Positions 36,701 through 48,600 of a stretch of 64,000 nt of DNA are shown here, piece by piece. Under the pieces are notes generated by a model, which was given only the letters and a program-made list of their open reading frames with translations, ran no database searches and was not told the origin of the DNA. A program made the translations under genes and the position numbers. Numbering within the stretch: the first letter of the stretch is position 1; every line of letters begins with the position of its first letter. Location of the stretch: the NCBI GenBank assembly GCA_036172245.1, contig JAYWIR010000007.1, forward strand, positions 310,001 to 374,000, written 5' to 3'. The DNA comes from Raillietiella orientalis (lineage: Eukaryota).

Positions 36701-39700
36701 GGTTCAGCTGCGGGAGGAGATCGCCAGTCAGATTGGCGATGGGGTCGTTCCCGCGGCCTACACGTTCATCCGGTCGGTAGGGACCAACTTCACGCAGGTA
36801 AGGAGGCTGTGGGGGAGTCTGGGAAGGGCAGGGGCCTTACCTCCCCCCTGAATCCGCGCTTTCCTTCTTTCGTCCGTTCTTGTCGGGAGAGAAAAGGGGG
36901 GGGGAAGGATGCGCGCAGTCCCCCGTCAGCCTCTTCCGTCCGATAGCGCGACTCCCTCCGGGCCGATCCTGTCCTGGGACTCCCGTGGAGATTCTGCCCC
37001 ATGCGGACCTCGAAACGGTCCGCGAAGGAGGGCAGCGTCTCCTCCCTTCGCCCGGGCTGCGCTCCCGCGGAATGAGGTGGGGGCGTGGGGGGGACTGCCC
37101 TCCTTCCTATAGGGGCCCACTCGCGTCCCGTTCTTCCCTTCCCCCTCCGTCTGTATCCCGGGAGCGCCGAAGCGCCCCCCTACCCTCTGCAGGAGGCGAT
37201 CCCTCGCAGAGGCGCCCTGTGCTTCTAGCTGAAGCCGAGGCAGGAGATGCAGCTGAAGGTGAAGAACTTCTTGCCACCCTTCTCGGCCGAACCAGCTGTC
37301 TTTATCATGGAAGACCCGGGGAACCGGCGAGGGACAGGTGGGTGCTCCCCGCCTCCCTTCCGCCCGTTCTTCCGCGCGGGAGGGAGAGGTAGCGTTCACC
37401 CCCTGCCTTCCCCTCTCCCCTTTGCCCCTCCATCCCTTCTCTTCTTGGACGACGGCCGCTTCTCCTCCGTCGCGCGGGACGTGCAGACGCAAGGCAGTCT
37501 CTCTCTTTCAGGGAGAAGAATGGGGAGCGTTCAGGAAACCACCCACTCCTTCGGAAACAGTCCCCACAGGAACTTCCCGGGGTCCTTCCCGAACATCAAG
37601 GGGAACGCAGACCCCTCCGGCAGGAACGCTAGGGACACGGACGACTCTGGACTGGCCGACGCCTCCTGGGACAGCTCGCTCGCCGGGGACAACGGGTCAG
37701 TGGACCTTTCCCTTCTTCAACTCTCTCCTTTCTTTCCCTCAAGTCCTCCCCTTGGCTTTCGAAGGGGACGGTGAAACGCCGAGCGCCCTATGGGGCGTCC
37801 AGCGAATCCCAGAGCTGCAGGGGCAGTGCCGCCGCGCACTTTCCTCTCGTGCTCCTCTTTTTCCCCTTTTCCCCCGCGCGTCCCCATGGAGTCGTCCAGG
37901 TCTCGGAGCTGCTGCATTTCATTCTAGCTTCTGCAGGAGGTCGATTCTCTCCACGGTTCTGTCCCCCGTTGCCAGGAAGAACCACGGAAAGGAGGCCGCG
38001 GGTCGCGCGGGCCAGTCTCCCGCGAAAGGTGAGAGTCTCCTAGGTTTCCCTCCCGGGATCATCCCGCTCTCCTGCCCCCGTAGCCATCCCGAAGCCGGGC
38101 AAGTTCGAGGACCGCTCCCAGGGGGGAGAGCGCCCTCTCCAGTATTCGACGGCAGCTGCTGGAATCGCCCAGAGGAAGGCGAAACCTTCGAGGAACCTCC
38201 CCAAGAACCGTTCGGGAAGCGTGGTCTTCCCCCCCCTGAAGGCGACCGCCAAAACGTCCACCGCCGTCAAGGACGAGAACCGCGGCATTGCGCCTTCCTT
38301 AAGGACATCCTCGCGAGGTAGTACCGGGTTTCAGCCGGGGATGCGAGCGAAACCGCCAGAAGGAAGCCGAGGTCGATGAAAGTACCGGGGCAGGGGGAGG
38401 GGATGCAGGTTGCAGGTGAGGGTGCGACGAAGAGGGGAAACACATGCGATCCCATTCCGCCGCGCTTCCCACTTCTCCGTGGCGGAAGCGGGCAGGGTCG
38501 GCTAGGGAGGACACTCTCGCCGTTTTCCTCGACCGCCATCCGGCAGGGCGTTTCGTTCCCGCTAGGAACGGGCGCGCGGACCGTTTCCAGGCGACCGTCC
38601 GACCACCAACAATGGAACGCGCGCGGCCAAGTCCAAAAATAGCCGTCTGACCGGAAGGAGCTTTTCCGGAGCGATTTCGATGCTCGGCAGCCGAGTGGCA
38701 GTGCGCGAACGCACTCATCCCTTCTTGTTCGCGAGGGAGACGCCTCTCGCCTGGTACAGCTCTGCTTCTCTTCTTCTTTCTCTTTCTTCCTTGGCAGCGG
38801 CACCGCTGCAACCTGGCGACGAGGCTACCGTGTGGTGCGTGAATCCGAAGAGCGCGAGGCGTCCGCACTCGCCGGCAGACGCCTGCGCGCCGCTTCCTCC
38901 GCAGCTTGCGGAGCCGGAAGAGAGAACGTCCGTTCCTGCACCTGTGAGATTCGGTGCAGCTCCCAGGTTTTCTTCAAAGTACTCCCGAGAGCACGTGGAG
39001 GAAGGAGACAGAGGAGGCTCTCCCTCTTGCGCGTCCAGGCTCTCTTCGGCCTGGACGCGCAAAGAGACGGTTTGGGCGCGGCCTCCCCCCCAAACCATCG
39101 CTATTCTCGAAGAAATACTAGACAAGGCGTCTTGGCTACCGACGCTGGTGCAAAGCGACAGCGACACCGGGGGCCGGCGGTTGGCTGTGAGCACCTTTTT
39201 CAGGCGCAGTCCATTCTCTGGAGTCGCGTGTAACTCGCGCTTTCAGAACCTGGCAGCATCTCCTAGCCTTTTCCCCATGAGCTTTCCCTCCGCCTAGGGA
39301 GGTAGGTCCTCCCCTGCCGTCTCCAAGGTTCCAAGTAGATGTCGTAACCGGTTTCAGAGGCTGGCGGGAAGTGGACACACTTCCTATTCGTCCTCCGTGC
39401 TTTTGTTTTGCGTGGGTGCGTTTTCCGTTCGCATTGACCGGAGAGGATCGGCAACGCGGACACCGCCTTCGTCATCAGCAAAGTCCTTCCTTCCTCCAGC
39501 GGCAGAAGCAGGAGGGAAGGAGACAAAGAAGCTGCGCTTTGTGGCGGGCGGGGCATTGTCGCAGTTTCCTCTTCCGTTTCCTTTCGACGTCGGCGTTGCC
39601 TCCGCCGAGTGCTCGATGAGTGCTCTCTCCCGTCTCCTCCAGTCCTGGGGGCTGCTGGAAGCGATCGCGGGATGCATCGCCAGCGATTCCAGAGACTGGC

Positions 39701-42324
39701 GGGAGGTGGACACGTTGAGGAGTGCCGGAACTGCTCCCTTCAACCAACCTTTTCTCTCACCCGCGGACCATCCTCCGCAGCCTCATTCTGCCAAGGGAGC
39801 TTCTGCGGAAGCGGACGCGACTTAAATGGTGCCCCCAAATGGGGAAGGCCTAGGAGGAGGACGTGGCCTCCGGGCGCGCCTCCAACAGACGTTTCTGAGG
39901 TTTTTGTCTGCAGGGAACCGAGCGGCGTCCGATGGACCCATGCCGCGCGAAACCCGCGAAGGACTCGGGGACCTCGGGATGCGCGCTGCTGTCTCTCGGG
40001 AGAGCTCGTCATTCTCGCAACGGTCGCTATGAGAGCCGCACCTGCATGGGGGGGTGCCCCACCCGCCCATGCAGGTGAGCCGATCCGCCGCTATCTTGCA
40101 TCCAGGCCTGGATTCAGAGGACGAGGGGAGGGAGCCCCTCCGAACGCGAAGTTCCTGCTCCGTTTTTTTCCGGAGTTCACGGGAAGAGCGCACTGTTCGA
40201 AGACGTGCCCTTCTCGAAGTTTCCCTGGCAACTTCTCTGAGGCAGCGGTGGTCTCCCCCGGTTCCTCTGGGGGAACCCTGCAGTGCCTTCCAGCCAGCCA
40301 TGCGAACGCCAGCAACGGAATGGAGAGTTTGCGCCAGCTGGTCGCCTGCAGGAGAAAGGGAAGGAGGGGCGACCTGAAGGCAGAACGGACCTTTCTGGTT
40401 TCCCATTCCCGATCACACAGCGAGCGCAAAGGAAGGAGAAGGTGTGGGGGGGGGAACTCCTTCCGCTCGTATGCTTTCCTCCTTTTCCTTCCTTGAACCG
40501 GCACAGAGGGCGCGGCTAACGTGCTCCTCGCCGCCGCTACCTCGGAGGGTGGGGCTAGCGAGAGGGCGTGGCCTGCCGCGTGGTGTCTCCGCAGCGGGAC
40601 GGACCGGAGTTAATCGCCCACCTCCTCCTCCCCGACTCCAGAGCTGCAGGCCGCCGATCCGCAGCTCGGGGACCTACGGGTCGGTACGCGCGTCGTGATT
40701 CGCGATGGCACGCCCACCTGCCCTTAGTGAGGCTCGCGTGCAGGACATCGGCGTCCGAAGGTGAGGCTGGGCTGCAAGGAGAAAGTTGACGGGCACCTCG
40801 TGCTTGACCTCTCGTTCCACTCGGGTCGCCGCATGATCGCGGGGAAGAGTGCGGAGGAACAGGGAACGGGACGCGGGCGGACCCATCCCCTGTAGGGACG
40901 CGAAGCGAGAGAACCCGGCTCGTTCGCGCGGACAAGTGGAGGAGGAGGAGGAAAGAAGAGTATAGAAGCTGATCGGCGCTTCCACCCCTTCCTCGTTCCG
41001 CTTCTCTCCAGAGGGGGCCGCGGGCAAAAAACTTCTTTGGACGGCGCCGTACCTTTCCTGAGGCCTCCAGAAAGAACCATCCCGACCTCTCGGATGCCAT
41101 GGAGACTACAGCTGTGCCCCCCCTTCCCTCTCCAGTCTCTCAGGCCGCGACAGGAGAGGTTGCTTGCAGTTTCCCCTTCCTTACCCCTTCCCCCCTCTCT
41201 TTCTCCCTCCCCGTCGCTCCCTCAGGGGACGGCAATTGACCAATGGCGAAGTCCCCGAACCTCGGACTGCTTTGGAGGATAAGACGGGCGCCATGGGCGC
41301 CTTTCTTTTCCTGCCGCAGTGAGCCTTCGCATCTGGAAGAGGGAACCGTGGGCCCGAGCGTTCCGCTCGTGGTGCCCTCTCCTACATGGGCCTGGACTGG
41401 GAGGAGGGGACTGCAGCGTGACTCGCCGGGCCTTACTGCAAGTAGTTGCCTTTCCAGCACGCCTCCTGACGAAAATGCTCGAGACGCTGTCCCGAGAGAG
41501 GGTGCAGGAAGAGTCCCAGCACGACGACCTGGTCCGGCAGTGCCGCATCCTGCAGGACGCCATCGTCGACAAGCAGAAGCAGGTCTGTGGAACGTGACCT
41601 TCCCGGAGCTTTGCCGTTCTTCCCGCCCTCCCGGAGCTCGGGCAGTCCGGGGGCCTGCGTAAGCCCCTCTTTTTGGGAGGGAAGGCGAGGAACCTTCCTG
41701 ATCTCCCGCTGCTCCCCGGAGAGGACCACTCCTCGAGGGCGGATGGGCACTCCCGCCTGACGCATCCATCCCCCCTTCCCAGCTGCTGGAAGGATGGAAG
41801 GAGCGAGCCATGAGGTCGCGGGCGAAGGGCGACCTGCTGGAGGCGAAGGCGGAACAGCTGAGGGAAGAGCTGGACTCCATTCACAGGAAGTTCCTGGAGA
41901 AAGCGAACCAGGAGCGGGAGGCCCACGTGCTCACGTATGGCAGGGTGAAGCTGTCCAGGCTGGTGGGTCCTCGCTCTTCTCCCTCACCGAGGGGGATGAG
42001 GGGAAGGAGGTCGCCCCCTTCATCACCCGACCCTCTTCATCCTGTAGGTTATCTACAAGTACACCTGCTTGATGCTGCAGCAGCAAATTCATGACCTCGA
42101 GAGGCAGAAGGAAGTGGCTGACCTTCTCCTGAGCTTGGAATGCAGGGTGAGCCTTCCAATCTTCCTGCCCTCGTTGTCAAGGAGTTCTCTCTCCCTTCAC
42201 CACTCGCTGGCTCGTCCCCCAGCTGGTGAAGCAGATCGAGGACAGCGAGCGTCGGATGAAACAGCAGCAGCAGCACGCGCACGACTTGAGAACCAGGGAC
42301 CTCGCGCGGAAGGCTGACTCCTAG
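30795..42324 (+). CDS. SPATA1: SPATA1-like protein (N-terminal conserved domain, low-complexity middle, C-terminal coiled coil)
   Basis: Exons 30874-30980 (LTDLHVYIVPVDHW...ISAGFIR), 36680-36797 (VFPDLPVVQLREEIASQIG...YTFIRSVGTNFTQ) and 37229-37337 (LKPRQEMQLKVKNFLPPFSAEPAVFIM) join in phase and match the recalled SPATA1 N-terminus (LVELHV...ISAGFLRVSP...LRE...FLKCIG...KQESELKLKSFAPP). Last exons 41458-41582, 41783-41962, 42048-42146 and 42223-42324 (WKERAM...EQLREELDSIHRKFL...LQQQIHDLERQ) match the C-terminal coiled coil. AATAAA at 42389. The start codon and the middle exons (37.5-41.4 kb) are uncertain. Confidence 0.8.
31400..35560 (-). other. Candidate nested antisense gene of unknown product inside the long SPATA1 intron
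   Basis: Several minus-strand stop-free hydrophilic stretches bounded by plausible AG/GT sites (e.g. ~33947-34251 GPRTVGSF...EESGQEEEDKKSNR...; an AAG|GTGAGC donor at ~32375), with a CpG-rich stretch at 35.5-36.2 kb upstream. I could not build a complete in-phase model and recognised no family. Confidence 0.25.
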
Positions 42325-44492
42325 TGTGTGGTTGCTGCAAACGCCGCAAGATGGCAGGGCAATGCTCCTTTCTCCCCCTTTCTCTGGAAATAAAGTCAAC
42401 TGCGGATCACTTGGGTGCATTGGCCCTTTGACCCCACCACCTCCGCCCTATGGCCTCCCCTATTCCTGTCTCTTGATAGCATCCTATTCTTCTCCCTCCT
42501 CTTGACCCTTCCGCCTTGACACTCCCTCACTCTCGCACCGCGTCAGAGGGAAGAACCCAATGGAGGAGAGCTCGTGAGATCTCAGTGCTAGCGAAGAGGA
42601 CGCAGATATGTTTCCCGTTCTCTTGGCAACTTCCGACCCCTTTCCTTTTCCTCGACACCAACGTCCCAAGCGGAGTTCCACTGCCGCCCCCCTCAGGACC
42701 GCGTTTGTTTCCCTCACCCAAATCGATCGGGAGAGTTTCTGCAGTCCATCCCTCCGGCGCTTCCCTTTCCCACGAGCCTTCCTCCAGGAGCAGTTACCGG
42801 CAGTCCTTCCGAGGGCGGGTTTGGCCCTCGAGCTCCTGCTTCCCGAACCGTCCCTCCTCCCTGAGTCGGCAGGCCTGCTTGAACGGACCCAGCTGACCGG
42901 AAGCACCCTGGACCTTTGGGCGAAGCCTCCACCCGCCCTTTGAAGTTCCACCCAGTCAGGGCGTCCGCTCCCTCTTTGACGCTCCCTGCTCTTCCCCTTT
43001 CCTATCTGGTTCCTCCTCCCCCCACCCACTCCAACCGACGACGAGCGGAAGACTTGCGAAAAGATCCAGAGGCCGGCACGAGGATTTTTCCTGGCGCCTG
43101 CATAAGGTTGGGACCTGCGCACCCCTGCGCGGAGGAAAGGGGGGAGAGGGAAGGGAGCCTATCTGGATTCATTCCCGCCCATCTCCCTCCTTCCCTCACG
43201 CAGCAGCCGGTACTCTGCCATCTCAGCAATGAGGCGAGAGGGTGGGGCGGGAGAGAGCAGCGGAGGCGATGGACACGTCTGGGCAGAAAGACGCCATCTC
43301 TGCCGTGCTCTCTTCCTGCTCGACCCACCACCTTGGGCAGCAGGGGCCTTCCCACTCTCGAGGAGGAAGCGGATCGAGGGGGCAAAAGCGGTAGGTAGCA
43401 GTAGGTTTTCCTCCCTCCCTGAGCCTCACCACCTCCTCAGGGATGAGGGACGTGGCCCTTGTCCGCAAAGACGGGTGAAGGACTGCGCCCGGGCCGCGCG
43501 CAGTCTGCGGGAGACGCGGCGGGCGTGAACGGCCTTCTTTCTTCTCTTTCCTCTTTTCTTTTCATTCACTTATGGCTTTCTCCCCGCCCTTCTGTGTGGC
43601 CGATCTGCAAATCTGCGGTTCGCTCCCCCCTTCCTGAATCCGCGCAGGATTGGAGACGTCCTGCTTTGCTTCAGCTTTCCTTCGCGCCTGCGTTCACGAG
43701 TGTCGACGGGGGTGAGGGAGGGACTCGTTCCTGCGCGTCCGCCTCCCTCCCATCGCCTCGACTCCTCCGGGACACCGACTGGTTATTCCTGGGATCACCA
43801 GCTCCTAATGTTTCAGAAGTCCTCCTCGAACCAGTCCGCCATGGCCATCCAGCGATCATTGTTGATGATGCATTGATTTTTTACAGGGGTGGGGGTGGGG
43901 GCGGGAAGGGGGGTGATGCATTGATTGGGGATCTGTCGGTCTGCAACCCTTGGCCATGAGGCCGGCGCCACCCGTGGGGGCGCTGCTGCACGCACAGTAG
44001 CTACATGGAACCCCACCGCATGGGTAAATCAACTTCATCAAGCGGAGACCCTCTTGACCTGCTCGGAGCAGAACGTGATCTTCTTCCCGTGAGTCACGGC
44101 GGTTCTTCCAGGCCACCTCGCAGGTCCCCCGGTTGCAACTTCCTTCTCCCCACCCTTCCTTCTCCCTGCCCTTCCACCCTTCCTCCTCGTATCCCTCCTG
44201 TTTCCCGCTCCGTGAGAACCTTCCCGGAGCAAGAGCGCGGGGGGGCGGATGTGTCGGGGGTCCTTCAGATCCAAACCCCGCAAGTCTTCGAAGCGAAGGA
44301 AGAACCGACACGTTTCGCAGGGCCTCTTCCTTCCCGCCAGCCACCGCCGCACGACGCTCCCGATGGGAGTCTTCTGCGCCTCTGAAGGCATGAGTCGTCG
44401 GTTTCCCTCGGCCACCCAGGGACCGATGGCTGTCTGCTTCCTGCGGTCGGGGCAGAACTGCTCTGCATATCCGCTTCTCCCTGGTCTGGATG

Positions 44493-45760
44493 GTCACCCA
44501 GGTGCTCCGGGTTGCTTATTTCGTATAGAAAAAAAATAAACAATCGTAGTCTCTGTGATCCAATCACGTGCAATTCAACGAGAGCCTTCCAAATTGATGG
44601 TACACAGACCGGTGGGGGATCCGCCACAGCAGCAGAGGGGGGAGGGGCAAAACAAAAAAAGAAAATTCAAAAGATACAAAAATCAATAAACAAATCTGGG
44701 GGTGGGGGTGGAACGGGAAGGGATCACGTTCTGCTGGGGCAGTCCTCTGCATCCTTTTCAGGATGCCGGCAAGTTTTGCTGGATGACGTTTCCCAGGTGG
44801 AGCCATCTCGTTGCCATCCTCATGAAGTGCATCCCTGTCGCTCCGCCCTCCCTTTGCATCGCTCCAGACCGCCACAATCCCTCATAGGCAGCAGAGAACT
44901 GCTAGCGAGGCTGCCGGCCGAAGGCATCGCGTAGGAGAAGGAGTCGTAAAGCGTCCTTGGAGCTGCCCCAGGCGTTCCTAGAGTCCCGACAAAACGTTCC
45001 CAAAAGGGCCGGAGGGCAGCACAGTCCATTAGGAGGTGAGAGAGGGATTCGTGCTTTCCGCACATGGCATACAGTTGGGGTACCACATACCCCCACGTCC
45101 AGTGATGCAGGCGGGCGTTGCACGGGAGGCCCCGGTGCAGCAGCAGCAGCAGCTCCGACTCCTGACCACTTCGATGAGAGGACGTGGGCGTCCAAGAGCA
45201 CTAGAGGCCACTGCAGGTCTTCCTCCAGAATACCCAGTAGCTCACCCAAGCGCTAAAGTCCACGAGGTGGGACACTCGGGGTCGCAGCGTCCATGAGCCG
45301 CCCCGTCATCCACTCACCTAGTCCTTTCCTCCTTCCAGAGATACACCAACGTCCCATCTAGCTGCAAGGCTGCTGCCCATATGTCTTCTGAGGGAAGGCA
45401 GCGCCGCTGAGTGGAAGGTTCTTCTGCCCACGCACTCATTCATGAGATGTTCCAGGATCTTCCGGTGCGAGCAGTTTTAAAAAAAGTACAACAAGCGCTG
45501 TACCTGTTCCGGGCATCACTTGTGATTGGCCCAGGTGCGGACGGTTCCCTGCAACCAGGTACTACCGTTCGCAGGGTGGCACGAGATCCAGCTGTTGGCC
45601 ATGGTGAGCGTAGCTACCCTCAGGAAGCTGTAGTCCGCAACAGGAAATGTTGCGGAGACGGCGCTCATGGAAGGACGCCTAGAGGACGTCGTCCTGGCCC
45701 AGAGGACACCATCGTGAAGGTACCTACCTGGAACCATGAGATTCCCGTTTCAGGAACATG
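44493..45760 (-). mobile_element. 3' fragment of the same Tx1/L1 group (may extend, more degraded, to ~46300)
   Basis: ANSWISCHPANGSTWLQGTVRTWA, GELLGILEEDLQWPLVL, MCGKHESLSHLLMDCAALRPFWERF and KLAGILKRMQRTAPAERDPFP match the young element. Terminal motif at 44493-44520. Confidence 0.85.
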
Positions 45761-47229
45761 ACTGGATGCATGCCCACTGGGAAGCGGAAGAACGATACTC
45801 GGTTTCTGATCCGGTCTGTCTCTCGAGTTCTCCTCCAGGAAACATTCGCTGAGATGTGTGAGCAAACGAATTCACGATCCCGCGGTCCGATTACATGGGA
45901 CGATTCCCGAGGGTGAACGGATTGAAGGAGAGCCGTGGTTAGCTCTTGGAGCATCCAGGAGGAACCACGTTTTCCCGCTGGTATGCTTCAATGTGGCCGG
46001 CCGGAGGGTCGAGAAGCCACCTGGACGTTTGGGAACACCAGCCGTTGGCGAGGCATCCTTCAAGGAATTTCAGGAAAGGATCCAGCTTTCCACCCAAGAC
46101 GAACACCCAGGAATGGGAGAGGAGAAAAGGGGAGAAAATCGTTTCCAAGTGCAAAGACTGCGGCCTTCACTCTTGCAGGAAAATCGGAGTGTTGCGCGTA
46201 CCAGCGCGATAAACACGCCGTTTGTCGGCCTTTCCAACAGCTGTTTACCACAAACTTCCATTCCCGAATTCTGTTTTGCGTTAGGTGATACAGGAGGAAA
46301 CTCCAAGCTGGCCTTAACAAAACTGAACGCCGAGACGTGATTTGAAAGTGATTTTACCGAAAGTCCGTTTCCCTTCTTTTCTCAACCTCTCACTCTTTGT
46401 TTTTATGCCCCCTTCTATTCTCCACCCCCCCCCCCCACCTCCCTCAAAAAACAAAAAGAATCACAGAAGGATGACAGAACTCCAGTCCGGCTCCACGTGT
46501 TAGGAGCACGTTGACATCTACCCTCGATGATTTCGCGAGCCTGCCATCGAGCTTCTCGGGTCCTTTGCAGTCATGGAAACGGTTTTGTGAATGACAGGAT
46601 CGCAAACTGTTTGGGGCAGCGGAGACAGTCGAGGGGGATCATTTCAGAACCCGTGATTTCAACTTCTTTGCTTCTTTCACGACGCGCAGGGAACCGGTGG
46701 TTTGTGCACCGCCTGACGGTCATCCTGAAACAGGGAAAAGGAAAGCAAAGTGATGGGTGATGGCGCTGCAATAAAACAGCACGATAGCACTTTATTGAAA
46801 TGAAAGTCCTGATGTGATATCTGAGACTGTGACGCTCATTTTCTATGTGATGGACATTCATTTAGGATGGCAAGTAAATGAAATCGCAAACGAAACGAAT
46901 CATTCGAGTTGTTATTAAGGAAACTTTCTTGGAGAGCACTCAGGCAGTCGTGTGTTTTCGTGGCCTGCAAAACGCTCATGCACTAAAAGCAAACAAAACC
47001 GTTTCCAAGACTGCGTGCATGTGAGACCACCCAGTTCTGGGGCTGTCCCCTACCCTTTCCTCATGCTTCACAGTCTGCTTGCTGCTCCTCCCTGTGTTTG
47101 GGGATGCCTGGTCGAAGACTTTCCTTTCCCCCCTTTTCTTTTCCACCGGTGGGTGTGGGCACGCATCGAGTCGTATATTTAAAAAAAAAAAAAGGAAAGA
47201 AAGAAAATGGTTCCTTCTTCTTGTATGAG

Positions 47230-48600
47230 GTTGTTGTTGCTTCTAGTAGTGGACAGGATATTTCGAAAATCATCCTTTGACCGTGGGACGAATGATAATT
47301 CTGTCGCTCTGAAACTTGTAAAAGCTCCCGAAGAAAATTCTCCTCCAAAGAAAACAAAGATGTGCAGTATTTCTCTATGTCATAATCTCGTATCTTCCTT
47401 TGTTCCACAACCATCATCATCTGCTCGGAACTTCGATAAAATCTTTGAGGTTTGATGTGGCTCCTCTGGATTTTGGAGTCCTCCAGGGAACTATAAAAGG
47501 TCGTATAGCTTTCTGGAAAAGGAGAACTGAAAGATCGCAGTCTGATAGTGGAATGTTGGTAGATTGAAACACAGCTGAAGATTGACACTGAATGAGCACT
47601 TCCTGTTTAAATTTCTTCAGTTTTTCCTCGAGAATTCACTGCTGCCTGAGACCGTGCGGACCATAGTGAAGGGAAATTATTCTGCCAGATTCTTCCAGAT
47701 CTGGATATCGTGGGGCCATCACTTGGTTCGATTTCTTGAGTTGATCGTGGGTGATGCCTCTGCATGCCGGCGGCGTCCTTGAAGCTGGGAAGCTTTTTAA
47801 GCAAAGGACTTTTTAAAATTGCATCAAACTCAAAGCATCACCTGTGTTGGTCCAATGCAGTCTTTGACGTTTGATAAAGCAGCTCTCCTCTTAAGCAACA
47901 GCGCTCTGTTGGGAATCGCCCACTTTTAGTTTTCTGCAATTGCTGTTTTAAGATAATTTTCTAGTTGCAGATGCCCACCTCATCAATTTGGTTCGCGCGA
48001 ATGGACCTGCTGACTCCATGATCGGGTTGGAATCTGGACGGGTTGGACTGGTTGCAATCTCCCTTGATCTCTGCAGTGGACTGATGTCCGTCCACCCCAA
48101 ATCTTATCTTCCTCCTTGTGGAAAGGAGTTCAACCGCCTTTCATATTCCATGAGCAAAAATGCACACTTGCAGAGTCCGTCGAGGGCCCTGCAAGTGAAA
48201 TGGGCGGACACGGGACGGGCATGGGACGGGTCTGAACACTGAAACTTCTTTCCAATACTCTTCGCCGGTGTCTTTCTTCTTCTTCTTCTTCTTCTTTTTT
48301 CCACTGTGCTTTTTCCCCCGTTCATTATCGATGGCACTTCGTGTGCAGCCTTCCAGAAGCTGTCAATCAGCTCGTGAAACCTCCATATCGATTTTCCTGC
48401 TTCCCGCGACTTTGCCCGTGCAACGAGAAGACCCACGGCCCCCACGGATTCCTCCTGTTCGGCAAGGTCACCGCCCCCCACTCTGCGTGGGACACACGCG
48501 GACTTCGTGGGTCGGACGGAAAGGTGCAGCCGCAGTGCCATGGAGTGGAATGTGTTTTCCGTGTGTACACGAAACGAATCACAACGTGAAAGGGCCCCAT
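47230..48600 (-). mobile_element. Degraded L1/Tx1 ORF2 remnant (APE endonuclease and RT)
   Basis: ORF 48104-48676 keeps VGGGDL (GGDFN), ELIDSFW (L.D.wr) and SDPSHARPV (SDH.PV). Downstream are ESGRIISLHYG (nyRPISLln), LLFQKAI (DfeKAf) and ISCPLL (QGCPLS). Confidence 0.5.

Noticed and set aside
39090..42324. TSC1/hamartin homolog (LREELDSIHRKFL...REAH, FPGNF)
   Set aside because: The coiled-coil exons fit the SPATA1 C-terminus much better and are collinear with clear SPATA1 N-terminal exons upstream.
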